A stretch of 4,506 nt of DNA from a virus (Duplodnaviria; Heunggongvirae; Uroviricota; Caudoviricetes). Of the stretch, positions 4,422-4,506 are shown in pieces (position 1 is the first letter of the stretch; the number at the start of each line of letters is the position of its first letter). A model generated the notes under the pieces. The model had not been told where the DNA came from. It did not search any database and saw only the letters and a list, made by a program, of their open reading frames with translations. Both the position numbers and the translations under genes were made by a program. The DNA is taken from the IMG/VR virus record IMGVR_UViG_2585427793_000002, positions 1 to 4,506 of that record. One strand, given 5' to 3'.

Positions 4422-4506
4422 CGTGACTTTTCCTTTTAGTGGGTGAGCCTGCGCCCGGGGGTGACCAGCCCACAGAGAAAGTCACACTGACCATCCCGTA
4501 AGCTCA

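Larger units (their letters stand above)
1..4506 (-). mobile_element. Segment of a lambda-like (lambdoid) phage/prophage: late (lysis) region, cos site and start of the DNA-packaging module
   Basis: Colinear - strand arrangement lysis genes -> cos -> Nu1 -> A; Nu1, the A N-terminus and cosB are near-identical to phage lambda as recalled. Whether this is an integrated prophage or a phage genome cannot be told from the window. Confidence 0.85.

Noticed and set aside
4047-4446. + strand ORFs 4047..4439 and 4261..4446
   Set aside because: Antisense to the TerB-like gene; no ribosome-binding site or recognisable features.
1-4506. CRISPR array, IS element or integrase/att site
   Set aside because: No direct-repeat/spacer periodicity, no terminal inverted repeats with transposase, no recombinase ORF; the window is internal to the phage late region.

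Overview
This window is the late-region/packaging junction of a lambda-like (lambdoid) phage or prophage from an enterobacterium, lying in reverse orientation: every credible gene is on the - strand, so the phage map reads 4506 -> 1. In phage direction the order is: TerB-like protein (3996..4421) -> overlapping 50-codon two-helix membrane ORF (3847..3999, not in the ORF track) -> lysis cassette of a 4-TM holin-like protein (3367..3759), a 3-TM membrane protein (3102..3377) and an M15 L-Ala-D-Glu-peptidase-type endolysin (2722..3099) -> bidirectional intrinsic terminator (~2672..2719) -> 37-codon TM ORF plus small lipoprotein (2476..2589, 2292..2474) -> acidic 131-aa hypothetical protein (1725..2120) -> ~380 bp AT-rich non-coding DNA full of dyad symmetries -> cos (cosN ~1312..1333; cosB R3/I1/R2/R1 1165..1278) -> terminase small subunit Nu1 (594..1139) -> terminase large subunit A (1..619, cut by the window edge). 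Nu1, the start of A and cosB match phage lambda almost base for base as I recall it, whereas the lysis module and cargo genes are not lambda-like (mosaic). I see no rRNA, tRNA, CRISPR or IS element. Nothing here is demonstrably a new system. The leads worth follow-up are the TerB-like/small-membrane pair, the TM-ORF/lipoprotein pair sitting where spanins would be expected, the acidic cos-proximal protein and a divergent cosN half-site. All homology statements come from reading the sequence and memory, not from searches.
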